DNA from: a virus
Lineage: Duplodnaviria > Caudoviricetes
IMG/VR virus record: IMGVR_UViG_3300030380_002955
Location: 1-50,100 of that record
Length of the DNA stretch: 50,100 nucleotides
Strand: one strand, 5' to 3'
The translations under genes were made by a program, and so were the position numbers. The stretch's first letter is position 1. The number at the start of each line of letters is the position of its first letter. Below are positions 28,515 to 36,550 of this stretch, one piece after another. A model generated the notes under the pieces. That model saw only the letters and a program-made list of their open reading frames with translations, did not search any database and had not been told where the DNA came from.

Positions 28515-28765
28515 TACAATAAATCTCCTTGTCTTGTGTCCATAGGCTTCCAAGCATAATAATATAAGGTGTTCATACGCTTTACAAATTTATCAGGAAC
28601 TACAGTCTTCTTTATAGGTTTATCTAATTGAGAATAAGCTATAATCATAGTTCTATCTTGATAATGTATTTTAACATCTGATTTAGTTGCTATGGCTTTT
28701 TCTATATATTTACCATGAACTGGAACTAAACCACCAAAAAGAGTTCTAATTTCTTTAACTATCAT
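28514..28765 (-). CDS. Hypothetical protein
   Basis: ORF track; QGDLL C-terminus. Confidence 0.55.
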   Translation of the reverse strand: MIVKEIRTLFGGLVPVHGKYIEKAIATKSDVKIHYQDRTMIIAYSQLDKPIKKTVVPDKFVKRMNTLYYYAWKPMDTRQGDLL

Positions 28766-29075
28766 CTTTTTTCCTTTCGTGTGCAGTTATTCTAGTATCA
28801 GCCATCAAGCCATGTAATTTATTTTCTAGGCGATCTAGCTTTTGATCAGACATTTCATGGTAATATCCATCCAATTGTCTATACATACATATTAATTTTA
28901 TCAGTTGATTTATTTCAGTGAATGTAAGCAAAGATCTATTTAAAGAACCAATTTCCTTAATAATCTTGCTACTGTGATCTTTGCAATACACATTCATAGC
29001 TTGACCATAGTCTTTTGATTTATTTTTCAAGAAAGTGGCACTAGCTTTTATTCTTTCAGCTTTACGATTTTTCAT
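28755..29075 (-). CDS. Hypothetical protein
   Basis: RBS GGAG; operon packing. Confidence 0.55.
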   Translation of the reverse strand: MKNRKAERIKASATFLKNKSKDYGQAMNVYCKDHSSKIIKEIGSLNRSLLTFTEINQLIKLICMYRQLDGYYHEMSDQKLDRLENKLHGLMADTRITAHERKKDDS

Positions 29076-29077
29076 AT

Positions 29078-29209
29078 CTACACTCCAAAGTTGGCGTTAA
29101 AACAAGAATTATCTATTAGGCATACAAACCAAAACAGATAATAAAAAAAGAACATGGTGGCTATAACAGAAGCTATAACCCCCAATAATTTTAAGATACT
29201 AAGCAACAT
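29078..29209 (-). CDS. 43-aa hydrophobic membrane peptide (not in ORF track)
   Basis: MLLSILKLLGVIASVIATMFFFYYLFWFVCLIDNSCFNANFGV fills the operon gap. Confidence 0.5.
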   Translation of the reverse strand: MLLSILKLLGVIASVIATMFFFYYLFWFVCLIDNSCFNANFGV

Positions 29210-29429
29210 CGTTAAGACCTACGCCCTTCATGTGCTCTTCATAGTCAGCATATGACATATTTTCTTTCTCAAAATTCTCTACGATGTTTTTCTTTTCAGC
29301 GAGAGACTTTTTGATAATTTTCATAGACATGGCTATGTAGTAGTTATCCTTACCATATAGTGATTGATGACAAGCAAGGTTGAGTGCTAGTTTATCCAAA
29401 ACCTTTATATCGTGTAATAATTCGTTCAT
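29199..29429 (-). CDS. Hypothetical early protein
   Basis: First gene after a promoter; RBS AGGAG. Confidence 0.6.
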   Translation of the reverse strand: MNELLHDIKVLDKLALNLACHQSLYGKDNYYIAMSMKIIKKSLAEKKNIVENFEKENMSYADYEEHMKGVGLNDVA

Positions 29430-29435
29430 ATCGTT

Positions 29436-29495
29436 TCTCCTAATTTTATTGATCGTTACTTATTATATAATTTATGTATATATAAATGTCAACCC
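29436..29495 (-). promoter_or_regulatory. Early sigma70 promoter and conserved leader
   Basis: GGG-TTGACA-17nt-TATATAAT; TAACGATCAATAAAATTAGGAG. Confidence 0.8.
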
Positions 29496-29514
29496 TTTTA
29501 AAATGTTTTATTAC

Positions 29515-29583
29515 GAGGTAGATAGGGGAAATCAAATAAAAAACCTATCTACCTCTATCCATAGAGGGATGAGCCACTATGGA
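29515..29583. other. Two adjacent large-loop hairpins
   Basis: GAGGTAGATAGG-17nt-CCTATCTACCTC (perfect 12 bp) and TCCATAG-12nt-CTATGGA. Confidence 0.6.
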
Positions 29584-29584
29584 A

Positions 29585-29920
29585 TTACAATTTGATTGCT
29601 CTATAGTTGGCTGACATAGTTTGCCATGCATTTATTTTAGCTTCAGCGGCTACTCTCATAAACTTATGTTTTTCATCTACTTCTATAGCCATTTGCAATG
29701 CTCTTAAATGTTTTGTGTATTCATCACTAGCGTAGGCTTCTCTTTCTTGAGCAGAAACAGACATTTCTAAATGATCTTTCATTAGTAACGCCTTAAGTGA
29801 TTTTCTATATTCTTCTAGGTAACTACGTTCTGCTTTAGCTTTGGCTACTTCGGCAGCGGAATCCCTAAGATAATCTAAAGCCTTTGATACTTCTTTTTCT
29901 GAAATTATTTGTTCGTTCAT
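29585..29920 (-). CDS. Conserved coiled-coil phage protein
   Basis: AQEREAYAS.EY and W.T..AN.R motifs. Confidence 0.6.
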   Translation of the reverse strand: MNEQIISEKEVSKALDYLRDSAAEVAKAKAERSYLEEYRKSLKALLMKDHLEMSVSAQEREAYASDEYTKHLRALQMAIEVDEKHKFMRVAAEAKINAWQTMSANYRAIKL

Positions 29921-30258
29921 TTTTTAAATCTTTCTTTGTTGTAAGGCGAAATGTTCCACCAATATTCAGCATTTTTTCTACCAAAGTCCTCATCAAGATT
30001 ATAGTTGACCCAAAAATTATCTTCATGTCCATTAACATCATGTAACTCAGCATGGTGACCATAACATAGTGGCACTACATTATTATCACTAGCCTTCATA
30101 CCCATGCCTCTTTTCCCATCATATGGCTTTAGTAAATGATGAGCTTGGACATTGCCTCTGCACCAATCAGCAGAGACTGTTGTAAGGCAACATCTTTGTC
30201 TTGCTACATATTCCAAATGTTTTTTATTTTTGATTCTTTTAGACTTTGGTATTAACAT
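29917..30258 (-). CDS. HNH-like / DUF968-like Zn-binding nuclease
   Basis: HL..V....CC, AHHL, GMG.K.SD...VPLC..HH..LH; likely start MLIPK. Confidence 0.7.
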   Translation of the reverse strand: MLIPKSKRIKNKKHLEYVARQRCCLTTVSADWCRGNVQAHHLLKPYDGKRGMGMKASDNNVVPLCYGHHAELHDVNGHEDNFWVNYNLDEDFGRKNAEYWWNISPYNKERFKK

Positions 30259-30259
30259 T

Positions 30260-30544
30260 TTAGTAACCCGATCTAGGTGCACAAGTTACATCAGCTATCA
30301 TAGGTATAGGTCTTTCGTTTACATACCTATGGCTATAGAACACTACGGGTCGTAGATTAGCAGTCTTGCAATCTTCTATGGCGTTTATGACTTCTTGCCT
30401 ATGCATAAGATGAACTTTCTTTTCTACTATTACATCAGTGTTATGTTTAGCTCTATACTTGACACTATCTATTTGGGTAGATCCACAAGCAGATACTGCT
30501 AGTAATGATGAGAATAAAAATACTTTACCAATCAATGTCATCAT
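30260..30544 (-). CDS. Putative lipoprotein
   Basis: Signal peptide ending LLAVSA-C (lipobox-like); RBS GGAG. Confidence 0.55.
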   Translation of the reverse strand: MMTLIGKVFLFSSLLAVSACGSTQIDSVKYRAKHNTDVIVEKKVHLMHRQEVINAIEDCKTANLRPVVFYSHRYVNERPIPMIADVTCAPRSGY

Positions 30545-30935
30545 CAGTCTCCTCTTTATGTAAAACATTTCTTTCACTATTTGGATCACTGTAAGAGCTA
30601 TCAGAAGAGAACTCTCTTACTTTTAAGCTAGTGTAAGAATTACCAGCTTCTGAAGTTTCTTTCCATCCTGATATAGTCATAGCACCCTTATCCATAACTT
30701 TATTCACAACACCTTTTGCATTAGGTGATTTATCAGATTGTTTGTCTTCATTTTTCTTCATACTTCCAATGGCTCTATACAATTCTACCATAGGCTGACC
30801 ATCTTTATTCTTACGACTTACTCCTATGATTCTCTGCTCATCACCATCAATGTTTAATTTACCTTGCTGAATGATTTTCCAATCGTCTGTATTTTTAAAC
30901 AAAATACCAGAATTAGTGTTATCTCTCTTTGACAT
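30525..30935 (-). CDS. Single-stranded DNA-binding protein-like
   Basis: DNTNSG.LFKN, ISGW, Y.SL pattern and acidic tail DDDIDW; follows ERF. Confidence 0.65.
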   Translation of the reverse strand: MSKRDNTNSGILFKNTDDWKIIQQGKLNIDGDEQRIIGVSRKNKDGQPMVELYRAIGSMKKNEDKQSDKSPNAKGVVNKVMDKGAMTISGWKETSEAGNSYTSLKVREFSSDSSYSDPNSERNVLHKEETDDDIDW

Positions 30936-30936
30936 A

Positions 30937-31668
30937 TTATTCTCCCTTTATAAATTTAATTAAGTTATTGCATTTAGTAATCATAGCGTCTGCATTCTTT
31001 TCATGCTCTTTTGGCAATCCCTCTGCCCAAGAAATCATATCTTGTAACTGAATAATTGTAATTGATGACCATTCATGGTGCTTCTTCATGGATTGCTCAT
31101 TTAATGTTTTGATGTATGTAAGAAAGCTATTTACTCTACTAGCTATTTTGCCTTTAGCATCAAACAAAACATATTCTCTTTTAGGCATTTCTTTCTTAGT
31201 CTTTGTATTGTTATCTATTATGTTAGCCTCTTTACCAACTCTTCCAGATGCTGAATTGCCATCATCCTCAAAGTCAGCTTCAAGATTTAACATAGCTTGT
31301 ATCTGATATCTTCTAAGGTAAGTTATTGCTGATCCTACATCTTGGCTTTTAGCAGTTTGGTTACCAAGAGTAGTTGCAGAAGATATAAACTGCATACTAG
31401 GCAAGTGAGTAATCGTGGTTGTAAGTACGTTTTCCAAACTAGTCTCAGTGCTACATATCTGCACTTGATACATGATTGATAGTTTGTGCTTATGTAAGGA
31501 TGGAAGACAAGCATTAAATATATCATCTAATGTGCTATATAAATGTGGATCGCCTTTTTTATTTTTAAAATAATTATTCACACCATTTTTTTCTAATGGT
31601 AGGAACTCTAGTCTAGCATCTTCAATAGCTTGACAGACTACTGCAGTTAAATCTGATTGATATTTCAT
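30937..31668 (-). CDS. erf: ERF-family single-strand annealing protein
   Basis: Q..GSAITYLRRY....L.L...EDDGN signature. Confidence 0.85.
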   Translation of the reverse strand: MKYQSDLTAVVCQAIEDARLEFLPLEKNGVNNYFKNKKGDPHLYSTLDDIFNACLPSLHKHKLSIMYQVQICSTETSLENVLTTTITHLPSMQFISSATTLGNQTAKSQDVGSAITYLRRYQIQAMLNLEADFEDDGNSASGRVGKEANIIDNNTKTKKEMPKREYVLFDAKGKIASRVNSFLTYIKTLNEQSMKKHHEWSSITIIQLQDMISWAEGLPKEHEKNADAMITKCNNLIKFIKGE

Positions 31669-32435
31669 TATTTTTTACTCCAAATTTTTGTTGATTGATT
31701 CTTCATTTCTTCTGACCACATCCAACTATCATAATTAGGATAGTGCATAGATGCTAACTCATAAGGATCATCGCTGATACTTAGGAATTTCTGTAACCCA
31801 AAACAAATATTAATAACTTGGTTTAGGCGTTGTTCTACATTCTGCAGTTTAAAAGACATTACCTCTTTCTTGGTAACGTAGTCGCACCAAAGCTCTTTAT
31901 CAGGAAATGCTTTTGAATATACTGCGAGTTGTCTTTGATGAGCATCAGAAAACTTTGATGGTCTAACACCAACTGTTTTCAAATCTCTAATGCTATCTTC
32001 ATACACAAAATCTATGTAACCTAGAAATGGTATAGGTAAATCTTCATGCAAAGAATAATAAATTTTATGTTGATAATGTGTAGGCGTTCCTAAATCAGAA
32101 TATATATCTAATGCTGAATTATAGTATAGCTCTAATGCAGTTCTTTCTTTAATTAGCTTTTCATCGTCTGTAGATATGTTGTGTTCAATACATTCTGCAT
32201 CAAATGAACCATATAGAAACTCATCTATAGCTTTAGGTGGTAGATCTTTATTGGTTATTCTTTTTTGTAAGGCGTGTTCTACTGCATTACCTCTAAATGC
32301 ACCAACACCAAAACTACCCTTCATACCACATAAATATGTGCCTATAAATAAGGCTGGGTCTGATACCCAAAGATTTACTTTGCTTGGGGACAAGTGTTCT
32401 ATGCCATGTGTCTTAAAAGGATTATTACTTTTCAT
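31668..32435 (-). CDS. PD-(D/E)XK exonuclease (Cas4/RecB-like)
   Basis: HLSPS, RG.A.E, GYID, DLKT, QLAVY motifs. Confidence 0.85.
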   Translation of the reverse strand: MKSNNPFKTHGIEHLSPSKVNLWVSDPALFIGTYLCGMKGSFGVGAFRGNAVEHALQKRITNKDLPPKAIDEFLYGSFDAECIEHNISTDDEKLIKERTALELYYNSALDIYSDLGTPTHYQHKIYYSLHEDLPIPFLGYIDFVYEDSIRDLKTVGVRPSKFSDAHQRQLAVYSKAFPDKELWCDYVTKKEVMSFKLQNVEQRLNQVINICFGLQKFLSISDDPYELASMHYPNYDSWMWSEEMKNQSTKIWSKK

Positions 32436-32745
32436 CTTTGATCTCCTTATTGTTTTGCACTCTCCACATTTCCCACAATTCCATTACTGCATTAGTTTTG
32501 AAATAAGCGTTGCCTTTGATGTTCCCATCAATTGAGCAGTATGCCCATTCACCACAGTAGGATGTAGTCTTGTACACTTCACCTATAATTTTATTTTGAT
32601 ACCAAACAACCCAATCAGATACATTAGAAGCATATGCATAAAGCCTTTCTTGCTCTGTCTTGTATCCCTCTGTGGGTCTTTTTGTTTTGAGATTTTTACG
32701 AATGTTGAACTCAACATTATAGTCTTCATATTTTTGTTTATACAT
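32425..32745 (-). CDS. Hypothetical early protein
   Basis: First ORF downstream of the twin-hairpin leader. Confidence 0.55.
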   Translation of the reverse strand: MYKQKYEDYNVEFNIRKNLKTKRPTEGYKTEQERLYAYASNVSDWVVWYQNKIIGEVYKTTSYCGEWAYCSIDGNIKGNAYFKTNAVMELWEMWRVQNNKEIKDEK

Positions 32746-32772
32746 TGGTTATTCTTTCTTTTTTATTCGTTA

Positions 32773-32880
32773 TGTTTGGAAGTGAACGCCAACACGCCGC
32801 TGGTACTTTCCCCATTCACTTCCATTGTGTTTGAAAGTGAATGTCAGCCCTTCACAGCATATATAACATTCACTTCCATT
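32773..32880 (-). ncRNA. Twin stem-loop RNA with shared stems and unique loops
   Basis: Two units TGGAAGTGAATG-(23/24 nt)-C[AG]TTCACTT[TC]CAAACA; both stem mismatches are G-U pairs on the minus strand. Confidence 0.6.
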
Positions 32881-32884
32881 TATA

Positions 32885-32917
32885 TTCCTACTCCCATTTA
32901 AAAGGTTTGTCAAACCC
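32885..32917 (-). promoter_or_regulatory. Leftward sigma70 promoter
   Basis: GGGT-TTGACA-17nt-TAGGAA; predicted start falls at the first hairpin. Confidence 0.55.
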
Positions 32918-32927
32918 TTTTTTTTAG

Positions 32928-32956
32928 TTTACTTTATTTGAAATATGTTTTACTGT
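32928..32956 (+). promoter_or_regulatory. Rightward promoter for the Cro/replication operon
   Basis: TTTACT-17nt-TACTGT, back-to-back with the leftward promoter. Confidence 0.4.
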
Positions 32957-32977
32957 AATTTTTTTATGGAGAAACTA

Positions 32978-33193
32978 ATGCAATTAGGAGAATGGATTAG
33001 AAGGAATGGCTATAACTATAGATCTTTTGGTGAAGAAATAGGAGTGTCATTTAGAAATGTTGAAAAATGGAGTAGAGGCGAAACACTTCCAAGATTTAAC
33101 AAAGCTAAATTGATATTTGATTTTACCAACAATGAGGTTACTGGGCATGACTTTTACGAAAAACAAATACAACGCCATCAAACAAACTTATAA
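32978..33193 (+). CDS. Cro/XRE-like HTH regulator
   Basis: F...IGVS...V.KW.RG...PR, T..EVT..DFY; likely start ATG 32978 after GGAG. Confidence 0.8.
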   Translation: MQLGEWIRRNGYNYRSFGEEIGVSFRNVEKWSRGETLPRFNKAKLIFDFTNNEVTGHDFYEKQIQRHQTNL

Positions 33194-33473
33194 TGGTGAG
33201 GTATTTGATAGTAAGAAAGAACTTAAGAGGTATATGGAGTTAGAGCTTCTGCTTAGAGCAAAAGAAATAACTGATTTAGAATTACATCCTAAGTTTGATC
33301 TTATGGTCAATGGCGTTAAGATAGGAAGATATACTGCAGACTTTAGGTATAAAAATGGCAGTGATATTATTGTAGAGGATGTAAAGTCTAAGGCAACTAA
33401 GACTAGAGATTATATGTTAAGAAAAAAAATTTTAGCTACATATGATCCACCAATAATTATCACAGAGATATAA
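33147..33473 (+). CDS. DUF1064-family endonuclease
   Basis: NKYNA, FDSKKE..RY.EL, Y.ADF.Y, EDVKS motifs. Confidence 0.8.
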   Translation: MTFTKNKYNAIKQTYNGEVFDSKKELKRYMELELLLRAKEITDLELHPKFDLMVNGVKIGRYTADFRYKNGSDIIVEDVKSKATKTRDYMLRKKILATYDPPIIITEI

Positions 33474-33483
33474 GGGGAAATAT

Positions 33484-34107
33484 ATGTCGTGGTCAGCGTT
33501 AAAATGGGCATCTGAAGTAAAGGTAGGTAATTCTACAGATAAGCTAATATTAATTATATTGGCGAACTATACAGATGCAGAGGACAGTTGTTATCCTTCT
33601 CATAGGAAGTTAGCAGAGGTATGTGAATGTAGTACAGATACAGTGATTCGTGCTTTGAAAAGACTTGAAAATAAAAATTTTATTGAGGTTGAGAGAAGAT
33701 TTCAACTTACTCAAAACAATAATCACAGACAGACAAGTAACATATATAAATTGAAAATAGATACCCAGTCGCAAATTGCTACCCCACCCCCCATGCAGAA
33801 TGCAACACCAATAACCTATCATAATAAAAAAGAATATAGTAAGGAATTTGAGATATTTTGGAAAGAATATCCCAATAGACCAAACGATAATAAGTTTGGA
33901 GCATCACAAAAGTTTAATTTAGTTATAAGAGATAAAGAAATTACTTTTGAAAATTTAATAAATAAGACTAAAATGTTTGCTAAGTCGCAGGCCGGGAAAG
34001 ATGAAAAATATATTCCACACGCTAAGACTTGGTTATCACAAAAAAGATTTAACGATATAGAGAAACCAAAACAACGAACAACAAACTTAAATTTATTAGT
34101 AGGATAA
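33484..34107 (+). CDS. Replication initiator-like protein (N-terminal HTH)
   Basis: K.IL..LA.Y....CYPS...LA, FE.FW..YP and YIPH..TWL...RF.D motifs. Confidence 0.8.
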   Translation: MSWSALKWASEVKVGNSTDKLILIILANYTDAEDSCYPSHRKLAEVCECSTDTVIRALKRLENKNFIEVERRFQLTQNNNHRQTSNIYKLKIDTQSQIATPPPMQNATPITYHNKKEYSKEFEIFWKEYPNRPNDNKFGASQKFNLVIRDKEITFENLINKTKMFAKSQAGKDEKYIPHAKTWLSQKRFNDIEKPKQRTTNLNLLVG

Positions 34108-34111
34108 AAAA

Positions 34112-35887
34112 ATGATGAATAATGAAAAAACAATTATAGAAAAAGCTCAAGATGAAGGAATTTTTTTAAATAGCTATAGTGAAGGCGATTATAGGACTAG
34201 ATGCCCTAACTGCAGTCCAAGTAGGAGAAAGAAGCACGATCCATGTCTTTCAGTAACAGTTAAACATGATTCTATCGTTTGGATGTGTCATCACTGTGAT
34301 TGGAGTGGAGGTGTTAGAGAAGGTAGAGCCAACTTACCAATAAGACAATCTAAAGTTGTTAGAGATGAGGGAATACAATTAGCACCACCAATTCCAATTG
34401 TATCCAATGCGAATCACGATCTATCACAAAATTCAATAACTTGGTTGCATAACAGAAAGATATCTCAAGCTACTGCAGAGACATTTAAATTATTTACTAA
34501 AGATCACAAGTTGTGTTTCCCATACTATTTAGATGGAGATATAGTAAACATTAAAAGCAGAACTAGAGATAAGAAGTTTCTGCAGGAAAAAAATGCAACT
34601 AAGTGCTTGTATAATATAGATATGTTAAAAACATTTTGGGAAGAAACTAACATGAAGAATGTAATCTTTGTGGAAGGTGAAATGGATGTATTGGCATTGT
34701 ATGAGGCTGGATTTAGAAATGTAGTTAGTCTACCAGATGGAGCACCTCAAACACCCAAGTTTAAATCTGACGATAAAAGGTTTAAGGCGTTTGAACACTC
34801 TAAATGGATTTTTGATGCAGATGAAGTGATTGTAGCTACAGATGCTGATGAAAATGGCAAGGCGTTGAGGTTGGAGATTATTCATAGGTTTGGTAAAGAC
34901 ATATGTAAAGTTGTCAATTTTCCTCGTGAAGATGATTGGCAATGTAAAGATGCCAACGAATGTTTAATAAAATATGATAAACAAGTTCTTAGAGAATGTA
35001 TACAATATGCTGAAGAGTTTCCAGTTCAAGGTTTGCATGGAGTAAAAGAGTATCACGATAGTGTTCAGAACATTTATGATGGTAATGAGCAGAAGGCTTT
35101 TAGCACTGGATTCAAAGAGTTAGATAAAATATACAAGGTCATGCCAAGTACATTTAACTTGATAACTGGTATTCCAAATCATGGTAAAAGTAATTTTTTA
35201 GATCAGATACTTTTAAACTTGGCAGAGAATGAGAACTGGAACTTTGCAATATTTAGTCCAGAGCATTCAACTCCAAACCATATTAGGCGTTTACTTGAGA
35301 AGAGATGCAGAAAGCCATTTGATATAGGACTGACTGCTAGAATTACCCAAGACGATCTAAACAGTGGGATAGAGTTTTTAGATAATCATTTTAAATTTAT
35401 TGAAAATACAGAAGAGATTCCAGACATAGAATTTATATTAGGTAAGGCAAAAATTGCTAAACAAAGGTTTGGTATCAAGGGTTTAGTCATAGACCCATTT
35501 AATCAGATCAGTCCTAATAGAGATTATTCTAAAAGAGAAGATGAACACATTCGTGACATAATTGCTAAGTGTCAGCAGTTTGCAAGAAACCATCAATTAG
35601 TAGTTTGGATGGTAGCTCATCCACATAAATTACAGAGGAATGATAGTGGCGTAGTTCCTCCACCAGATTTATATCAAGTGAGTGGTTCTGCACATTGGGC
35701 AAACATGAGTGATACTGCATTAGTAGTTCATAGAGACTTTGAAGATAATTCTACTAAAATCATTACAAGAAAGATAAGGGAACAAGGTGTATATGGTCAC
35801 ATAGGACAAAAGTTTTTTACATATAACAATACAACTAAGGTTTATGAAGAAGTTGTAGAGGAGAATACAGATGGATATTACGTCTGA
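34112..35887 (+). CDS. DNA primase-helicase (T7 gp4/Twinkle-like)
   Basis: Zn finger CPNC...CHHC, TOPRIM EGEMD / D.D / KDANE, Walker A GIPNHGKS, IDPFN, VAHP, SGSA. Confidence 0.92.
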   Translation: MMNNEKTIIEKAQDEGIFLNSYSEGDYRTRCPNCSPSRRKKHDPCLSVTVKHDSIVWMCHHCDWSGGVREGRANLPIRQSKVVRDEGIQLAPPIPIVSNANHDLSQNSITWLHNRKISQATAETFKLFTKDHKLCFPYYLDGDIVNIKSRTRDKKFLQEKNATKCLYNIDMLKTFWEETNMKNVIFVEGEMDVLALYEAGFRNVVSLPDGAPQTPKFKSDDKRFKAFEHSKWIFDADEVIVATDADENGKALRLEIIHRFGKDICKVVNFPREDDWQCKDANECLIKYDKQVLRECIQYAEEFPVQGLHGVKEYHDSVQNIYDGNEQKAFSTGFKELDKIYKVMPSTFNLITGIPNHGKSNFLDQILLNLAENENWNFAIFSPEHSTPNHIRRLLEKRCRKPFDIGLTARITQDDLNSGIEFLDNHFKFIENTEEIPDIEFILGKAKIAKQRFGIKGLVIDPFNQISPNRDYSKREDEHIRDIIAKCQQFARNHQLVVWMVAHPHKLQRNDSGVVPPPDLYQVSGSAHWANMSDTALVVHRDFEDNSTKIITRKIREQGVYGHIGQKFFTYNNTTKVYEEVVEENTDGYYV

Positions 35888-36062
35888 TATAGATGAAGCC
35901 ACACAAAAAGTTCTAGATCAAAAGTATGAAGATGCTATGCTATTGTTGAAGGAGCAAGACTTTAAACTCTACACAAGGCTAAGAGCAAATGAAAAAGTTG
36001 GGTTTGAAAAAAATGTAGACACAATTGTGAATGATGATGAGCAATTTGAAATGGTGTTATAA
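35871..36062 (+). CDS. Hypothetical protein
   Basis: RBS GAGGAG; TAATG coupling to terS. Confidence 0.55.
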   Translation: MDITSDIDEATQKVLDQKYEDAMLLLKEQDFKLYTRLRANEKVGFEKNVDTIVNDDEQFEMVL

Positions 36063-36550
36063 TGACTAAGAAACTTACTAAGAAAAATAATAAGGTTGGT
36101 AGACCTAAATTTGTAGTTACAAAAGATATGTGTGAAAGAGCAGAAGCCTATGCATCTCAAGGACTTACGTCTGAACAGATAGCTCTAGCTCTAGGGATAG
36201 GCGAATCAACTTTGTATGATAAACAGAACGAGTTTAAAGAGTTTGGAGAGGCTATAAAAAGAGGTAAGGGTAGAGGCATTCAAAGAGTAACTAACAAATT
36301 ATATGAGAAAGCTCTTGAAGGCGATAATACTGCAATGATTTTTTATTTGAAAAACAGAGCGGGTTGGCAAGATAAGATAGAGAAGGAAACTATAGTAGAG
36401 CAAAGGCAAGTAATAGACTTAACTAGGATAAGCGACAATGAACTTAGCAAACTTAAATCAATCCTTACCTCAGTTACTACAGAAGGTGGAAGCAGAGGAA
36501 ATGAAAAGGTCATTGAAGGAGTTCACGAAAAACTCTTGGGAAGCGATTGA
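36062..36550 (+). CDS. Terminase small subunit
   Basis: GRP, HTH (QIA.ALGI..STLY), AMIFYLKNRAGW; upstream of terL. Confidence 0.75.
   Translation: MTKKLTKKNNKVGRPKFVVTKDMCERAEAYASQGLTSEQIALALGIGESTLYDKQNEFKEFGEAIKRGKGRGIQRVTNKLYEKALEGDNTAMIFYLKNRAGWQDKIEKETIVEQRQVIDLTRISDNELSKLKSILTSVTTEGGSRGNEKVIEGVHEKLLGSD

Noticed and set aside
32773-32880. Canonical CRISPR array or TIGR array
   Set aside because: Only two units, no cas operon and no recognisable Nop-domain (Tas) gene; reported instead as an unclassified structured RNA
32596-32901. Plus-strand 101-aa ORF across the twin hairpins
   Set aside because: Antisense to a coupled minus-strand gene, no RBS, and runs into a promoter region
36438-36550. 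113-nt terS/terL overlap as a frameshift signal
   Set aside because: terL has its own ATG with an upstream AGGA, no clear slippery site, and such overlaps are common
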